A DNA stretch of 13,718 nt, taken from the NCBI GenBank assembly GCA_000388065.2, contig KB932206.1. One strand, written 5' to 3'. Below are positions 8,190-13,718 of the stretch, piece after piece. The stretch comes from Fonticula alba ATCC 38817 (lineage: Eukaryota > Protista > Nucleariida). The position numbers and the translations under genes are program-made. Under the pieces are notes generated by a model. That model was not told the DNA's origin, did no database searches, and saw nothing but the letters and a program-made list of their open reading frames with translations. The first letter of the stretch is position 1. Each line of letters starts with the position of its first letter.

Positions 8190-10408
8190 ATGTTTCGCGT
8201 TCTCTCCGTGTCCGCCCCGCGCGCGGCTGTCGCCCTGAGCACTACCACTCGGGCCTTCTACTCTTCCGGTCGCCAGCTCCTGCAGGGCGTCCTGACTGAG
8301 CAGCTCTCGGCCATGAAGGAGGCCGGCACTTACAAGGTTCGGCCGTGTGTGGGCATGGGCGCGGGGGGTCGCTCGCGGCGCCCACGGGCGCGCGTGTGCT
8401 CTCTCCCCCCTCTTCCTCCCCCTCTTCCTCCCCCTCTCTCTTTCTCCCCCCCCCACCCCACCAACCCTATGGCCCCCCCCCCCCCCCCCCCCCCCCCCTC
8501 ATACTGACCTTGCCCTCGTCTCCCGGACCCAGAGCGAGCGTGTCATCAGCACTCCCCAGTCGTCGGAGATTCGCCTGCAGACTGGCTCCCCGGTCCTGAA
8601 CTTCTGCGCCAACAACTACCTCGGCCTGGCTGACAACCAGTCCGTTGTGCAGGGCGCCATGAAGGCCCTGGAGACCCACGGCAATGGCCTGTCCTCGGTG
8701 CGGTTCATCTGCGGCACCCAGGACATCCACAAGGCACTGGAGAAGCGCATCGCCGAGTTCCATGGCACCGAGGATGCCATCCTCTACATTTCCTGCTTCG
8801 ATGCCAATGCCGGCATTTTCGAGGCCATTCTCACCGACGAGGATGCCGTCATCTCGGACTCCCTGAACCACGCCTCCATCATCGACGGCATTCGCCTGTC
8901 CAAGGCCAAGCGCTACCGCTACAACAACTGCGACGTGGCCGGTGCGAATATGGCCTCCTGCCGCCCTGCCACCTTCACTAGATCTGCCCTTTTTGGCGAG
9001 GGGGAAGTTCGCACACTGACAGCCCCCGCCCCCACCCCACCCCGGTCTGATCCCCGTCCGCAGACCTCGAGGAGAAGCTCAAGCAGGCCGACAAGGATGG
9101 CGCCCGCGTGAAGCTCATTGCCACGGATGGTGTCTTCTCCATGGACGGCGCGGTGGCTCCCCTGCCGGAGATCTGCGACCTGGCCGACAAGTACAATGGT
9201 GCGTGCTGATCTGTCTTGTGCCCCTTTCGCCCGCTGGCGCTGTACGCTCTGCCTCCTCTCAGAGCGCCCGTCTGTTGTCCCTCGGCGTCTGACACTTTGC
9301 CCCTTGACGGGGATGGTCCTTTCCCTCCTCTGGGCCGCTCCGCGCCCGCTCCCCTCCCCACCGCCCCCTCTCCTCATGTTCCTCTTACGACCAGCCCTCA
9401 TCTTCATGGATGAGTGCCACGCCACCGGCTTCTTCGGTGACACCGGCCGTGGCACTGACGAGTTCCATGGCGTCCGCGGCCGTGTGGACATCATCAACTC
9501 CACTCTCGGCAAGGCCGTCGGCGGCGCCGCTGGTGCGCTCCCCCTCTCCCCCCCCCTCCCCCCTTTGCTGGCCCTCATGTCGGACATGCGCCATGGTGTC
9601 ATTGATGTTCTGACCCTCGGCCCGTGTGCCTTGTGCCCTCTGCGCCCCTCCCCCTGCCCCCCCCCTGTCCCCCCTTCGCCGGCCTGGATAGGCGGCTACA
9701 CCGCCGGCCCGCGCGAGGTCGTCGACATGCTGCGCCAGCGCTCGCGCCCGTACCTTTTCTCCAACAGTCTCCCGCCGGCCATGGTTGGCGGCGCCATGGC
9801 TGCCTTCGACGTGGTCACTCAGTCGGACGAGCCGCGCCGTCAGCTCCGTGCCAACACCAAGCTCTTCCGCCAGCGCATGACCGATGCCGGCTTCACCCTG
9901 AAGGTATGGCTCGACCATTTCTCCTCCTGCCATTCGGGGGTGCTTGCATGGCAGGTTTGATCGGCGCCTTGGTAGATTGTCCGCTCTAACCTCATCCTCC
10001 CCCCCTCCTCCTCCTGTCTCTCTCTCTCTCTCCCTCCCCGTTCCCCATCTCCCCTCTTGCACAGGGTGACGTCCATCCGATCGTGCCTGTCATGCTGGGC
10101 GATGCGCGCCTGGCCTCCGACATGGCTGATCGCCTGCTCAAGCGCGGCATCTATGTCATTGGCTTCAGCTTCCCCGTCGTTCCGCGCGGTGCGTCCTTGC
10201 CGATTGGCACATCGGCTTTCCCCGGGGGCTTCCCCTCCATTTGCCGGCTCCGCGCCCCAGGCGACTAACTGCCCGCCCTTCCCCGCCCCGCCCCACAGAC
10301 CAGGCCCGCATTCGTGTTCAGCTCAGCGCTTCGCACACGACCGAGCAGGTCAACCGCTGCGTCGATGCCTTCATCGAGGTCGGCCGTGAGCTCGGCGTCA
10401 TTAACTAA
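8190..10408 (+). CDS. GCAT: Glycine C-acetyltransferase (2-amino-3-ketobutyrate CoA ligase), class II PLP-dependent; 424 aa with N-terminal organellar presequence
   Basis: Exons: 8190-8336, 8533-8941, 9064-9198, 9395-9532, 9692-9903, 10065-10188, 10299-10408 (1275 nt, TAA). All six introns are GT-AG with consistent phases. Motifs include [74 protein letters not shown] (PLP lysine), [14 protein letters not shown] and GFSFPVVP...ARIRVQLSA. These match Kbl/GCAT specifically rather than BioF or ALAS. Confidence 0.97.
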
Positions 10409-10477
10409 GCCCCTGTCTGGCCTGTCCCCCTCCCCGTCTGTTTCCCCTCTTTCCTGGGTTTGCTGCTTTCGATAATG

Positions 10478-10507
10478 CACCACCATCATCACCATCATCA
10501 CCATCAT
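10478..10507. repeat. CAY trinucleotide repeat, including (CACCATCAT)x3, in the GCAT 3' flank
   Basis: caccac-catcat-caccatcat-caccatcat, read directly from the sequence. Confidence 0.9.
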
Positions 10508-10539
10508 CGTTGCACGCGCATGTGTGGCAACCGCCCCCC

Positions 10540-10659
10540 NNNNNNNNNNNNNNNNNNNNNNNNNNNNNNNNNNNNNNNNNNNNNNNNNNNNNNNNNNNNN
10601 NNNNNNNNNNNNNNNNNNNNNNNNNNNNNNNNNNNNNNNNNNNNNNNNNNNNNNNNNNN
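10540..10659. other. Assembly gap (120 N) between the convergent GCAT and VMP1 3' ends
   Basis: N run bounded on both sides by C homopolymers. Confidence 0.99.
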
Positions 10660-10817
10660 CCCCCCCCCCCCCCCCCCCAAAGCACCACTCCATGTGCACA
10701 CGCGTTTCCATGTTCGCAGTGGTCGATGCATCTGCAGGGGGACAGGTGCACGGGTGCATGTACATATCTATATCAAGGAATGTTGCGAGAAGCCGGGGGA
10801 GCGTGGAGATGGCGCGC

Positions 10818-12542
10818 TCACCGGGCCTTGGTGGCACGGACGGCCGGGGGAGACGCCAGGCCGGCCTGACGCTGCTGCTCGGCATGCTCGCTGCGGAGCT
10901 GCACCGCGGCCATGTTGACGATGGCCGACGCGGCGAACATCAGCAAAAACCCGAAGACCAAGATGTCCACCGATCGGGCGATCCAGGACTTGCGCCCAAG
11001 GCTGGCCGAGCTGCGGAAGTGCGCCGCCGAGCGGAATTTCTTCTCCCACTGGGTGAGAGAGCCCTCGTGCAGGAAGGGCAGCCGGCGCTCCAGCCACTGG
11101 AGCACAGCCAGGAGGTAGCCCTGGCGGGAGATGGCCAGGGCGGTGAAAGAACACTGGGGCATCAGGAGATGAGAGAGGGGGGAGGGGGATAGATGAATAG
11201 AGGGCAAGGGGCCATGGGCACCGGTGGTGAGTATGTGTCCGGGCGGTGGGCCGGTGCGTGGCATGCGCGCCGTTCTGCCGGGGTTCGTGGGCGATCAGAG
11301 AACACGAAAAGGCCGCATGCGCACCTGGATGAGGACCTTAACACCGGCCTTGCCGATGAGTGTGGCGCCGAAGAACTCCCAAAAGGGCATTTCCAGGTAG
11401 CCCGACAGCAGCCCGGCCAGGTCGAAGAGCGGGTTGGGGATCTGTGCGTGTGTCATCACAAGTCCATGGCCGGAGTCAGTGGGCTGAGCCTACCAGGGGG
11501 GAGGAAGGGGCCGGAAGAAAGGGGAGAGAGAGAGAGAGAGAGGGAGGGAGAGCGCGCGATGGAGAAGGAGGGCCCGAAAGGGGGAGGAAGGGAAGAGGGC
11601 ACACCGGCACGCACGGACGCCATGAGCATGATGCCGAAGAAGCCCCAGCGCTTCATCATTTGTGCCACAAGGATAGTCAACCGACTGCTCAGGGGTGCGG
11701 GAGGAGCCGGTGCCACAGGGTCCGTGGTCAGGGTGCTGGTGCCGGTCACAGGGTGGCCGGCGGCGGCCGGCGAAGCCTCTGGCCGCAAGCGGGGGCTGCC
11801 TTCATTCGAGTCGGTGGCAGCCGGCGACCGGGGCGCGTTGGTCAGCTTGCCGGTGGCCGCATCGAGCGAGACTCCGAACTCGGTCAGATCGAGTTCCTGG
11901 CCGGACCGGGCCGCGGCGCGTGCAAAGAAGTACGGCAGCAACTCGCCGATCGCCGTGCCAATGCCCCAGAAGATGGCCTCCGGCAGGAAGAACTGGAAGA
12001 TGCTCAGGAGCGAGGGAACGTCCACCGACCGGGGGAGGGTCGGATCGCACGAGTAGCTGCTCCATCCATCGCCAGGAAAGTGCCATGTCAGTTGGGGCCG
12101 ACCTTGCAGGAGGGCAACTCCCAATGGGCGCACGTACCTCCATTCGCGTAGGAGGGCATTTTTCTTGATGATGACAGTGGCCCCGGCGCACTCGGCCGAC
12201 TCGACTTCCAGAATGGTGCTCACGATGTAGGGCCCAAGGTAAAGGAGGAAGGTGTGGGCTCCCTGCCGAGTGGGGGCCGGTGAGAAATGGTCGAGAGGGC
12301 GAAGAGGAGGGAATGCCGGCAAGAGTGTGGCCTGGGGCAGGTGATCGAGGGGGGCGTGGGAGCGGCACGCACAAATCCCATGCCAGCAGAAGACATGAAG
12401 CCGAGGACGATCCATCCGCCATACCAGACAAGAAGGTGACGGAGCAGCGAGATGGCCTGCATGGGGGTGTCCATGCGTATGTGGAGGCACGGGCCCGGCG
12501 AAGCAAGGGCCAAAGAGTGGGTAGGTGAGCCAGCGTGCGTGT

Positions 12543-12575
<33 letters not shown>

Positions 12576-13117
12576 CGAGAAAAAGAGAGAGGCAGAGAGA
12601 GGCAGAGATAGAAAGGGGGAAAGGGCCAACATACATGCTGATGAGAGCCCTCAATGAGAGGAGTGCAGAGGACCGCCAGACCGGCGACCAGGAGGGCCAG
12701 CACGGTGCGCCGGCGGCGGCTGGCCGAGGTGCTGAGCTTCCGGCATCGGATAGCCACCAGCCTCCCGGCAAGACCCAGGGTGAAGAGTGGCCGCCGGAGG
12801 AGACTCAAGCTGGCGAGCTCGGCCTGGTGCTGGGCACGCAGGTCGACGACCAGTGGCGGTGGCAAGTGCGAGGACGGCGGCGGTGGCGCTGATCGCGACG
12901 ACGACGACGACAGTGTGGAAGAGGGGGGCGTAGGAGCACCCCGGTGCCGGAGCAGGGTGACCGGCTCCTCGAGAGTCATGGGGCGCTCGAGAGGCGCTTC
13001 AGAGGGGGGAGTGGCGGGAGAAGAGGCGGTAGATGGGGCAGCGGGGGCGGCAGCAGAGGCTACAGCGGCACTGGCGGTGACTGCATCCGGCGGACGGTCG
13101 GTCGGGGGGCGGGGCAT
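10818..13117 (-). CDS. VMP1: Vacuole membrane protein 1 (VMP1/TMEM49) homolog, DedA/VTT-domain family; about 528 aa if ATG 13117 is the start
   Basis: Exons on minus: 13117-12635, 12456-12373, 12262-12138, 12056-11615, 11441-11325, 11153-10818. GT-AG introns of 178, 110, 81, 173 and 171 nt have consistent phases. Spliced motifs: [14 protein letters not shown]|[42 protein letters not shown]|[28 protein letters not shown]. The start codon is uncertain. Confidence 0.92.
11524..11542. repeat. (GA)n microsatellite in a VMP1 intron (CT on the sense strand)
   Basis: gagagagagagagagagag, read directly. Confidence 0.9.
12534..12576. repeat. Imperfect (GT)n/(GC)-interrupted microsatellite in a VMP1 intron
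   Basis: cgtgcgtgtgtgcgtgtgcgtgtgtgtgtgtgtgtgtgtgtgcg, read directly. Confidence 0.9.
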
Positions 13118-13718
13118 CTAGCCGGGAGGGGGGGCTCTGTGCATCAGGGGGGGGGGGGTGCAGGAAGAAAGTCTGGAGGCAGGGCGCTTCGGATAAACTG
13201 GGATGGGGATGATGACGGAGACGGGGGCAAGAGGAGCGAGAGGAGGGGAAGGTGCGTGAGAGGGAGAGGCGGGAGGGGGGGGGGGGGGCGGGGAGAAGGA
13301 GACGCACCGCCAGTCCCAATGGCCGCCAGGGTGGAAACCTGCTCCGGAAGCACGGCCTGCAGGGGGGGGGGGGGTGCAGGAAGACAGCGGCGTGCGAGGA
13401 ACGCCCAGCAGCCCACATGCCGACTGACCGCCCCGATGGGGTCTCTCCTCTTCGGCGGGCAGCCTGCGCGGGCGCGTGTTCGTGGTCGTGTGCCAGTAAG
13501 TGTGCGAGCCTCCCCCCCACCGGGCGTCGGCCGCCACCCTGCTGCCAAGCCCCTTCCCCGGGGGATTACGGCGCCGGCGCTTCCGTCTCCCGGCCCCGCG
13601 CCTGGCGCCCCCTACTGCTCCTTCGTGGGCGGTGGCCACCCAGATGGCAGCGGGGCCGGCGGCGCGACTCCCCCGGGTACCGGGCGCCGGGCGGGGGGGG
13701 GGGGGCCTGCACCGGCGG

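Noticed and set aside
8347-9960. ORF-track entries 8347-9111 and 9118-9960 as separate genes, or GCAT as a frameshifted pseudogene
   Set aside because: All frame changes are explained by six GT-AG introns with consistent phases, giving an intact 424-aa enzyme.
10475-10539. MHHHHHHHHHHR... natural His10 ORF after GCAT
   Set aside because: It is a CAY microsatellite in the 3' flank running into a C run and a gap. There is no evidence of coding and no vector or tag context.
10732-10821. VMP1 stop codon overlapping a G|GTGAG donor with a downstream cccctgcag acceptor (90-nt intron that would extend the C-terminus)
   Set aside because: None of the 16 supported donors here has A at +4, and the extension (RCIDHCEHGNACAHGVVLWGGG...) is not protein-like and runs into a gap. 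RNA-seq would settle it.
11456-13117. 553-aa unspliced ORF as the VMP1 protein
   Set aside because: It reads through introns (including the TH/TR microsatellite translation) and omits the [11 protein letters not shown] and [10 protein letters not shown] exons, which lie in other frames or beyond its stop.
1-13718. tRNA, rRNA, snRNA, CRISPR or transposase/RT genes
   Set aside because: I saw no cloverleaf, box A/B, rRNA-like sequence, repeat-spacer array or transposase/RT motifs in the non-gap sequence; tRNAscan-SE and Infernal were not run.

Overview
GC-rich, intron-containing eukaryotic DNA, probably from a protist; the organism cannot be identified from this window. It comes from a draft assembly with four N gaps (955-1226, 2093-2420, 3529-4233, 10540-10659). 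Manual splicing with GT-AG boundaries and phase checks gives four protein-coding genes: (1) an SLC35F6-like nucleotide-sugar-transporter-family gene (minus, 671-3176); (2) an uncharacterised ~528-aa protein with an N-terminal LYR-motif-like domain (minus, 5486-7463); (3) glycine C-acetyltransferase / 2-amino-3-ketobutyrate CoA ligase (GCAT/kbl; plus, 8190-10408, 7 exons, 424 aa) with a mitochondrial-type presequence, head-to-head with gene 2; (4) a VMP1 homolog (minus, 10818 to about 13117, 5' end uncertain). I found no RNA genes, CRISPR arrays or intact mobile elements. Most ORF-track entries are antisense shadows or intron read-through caused by high GC. The most interesting items are the large LYR-like orphan paired divergently with GCAT, a splice-donor consensus with no A at +4 in 16 of 16 introns, a CX8CX2CX8C loop in the transporter, and strand-biased C homopolymers in introns. 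All homology calls rest on remembered family motifs, not database searches.
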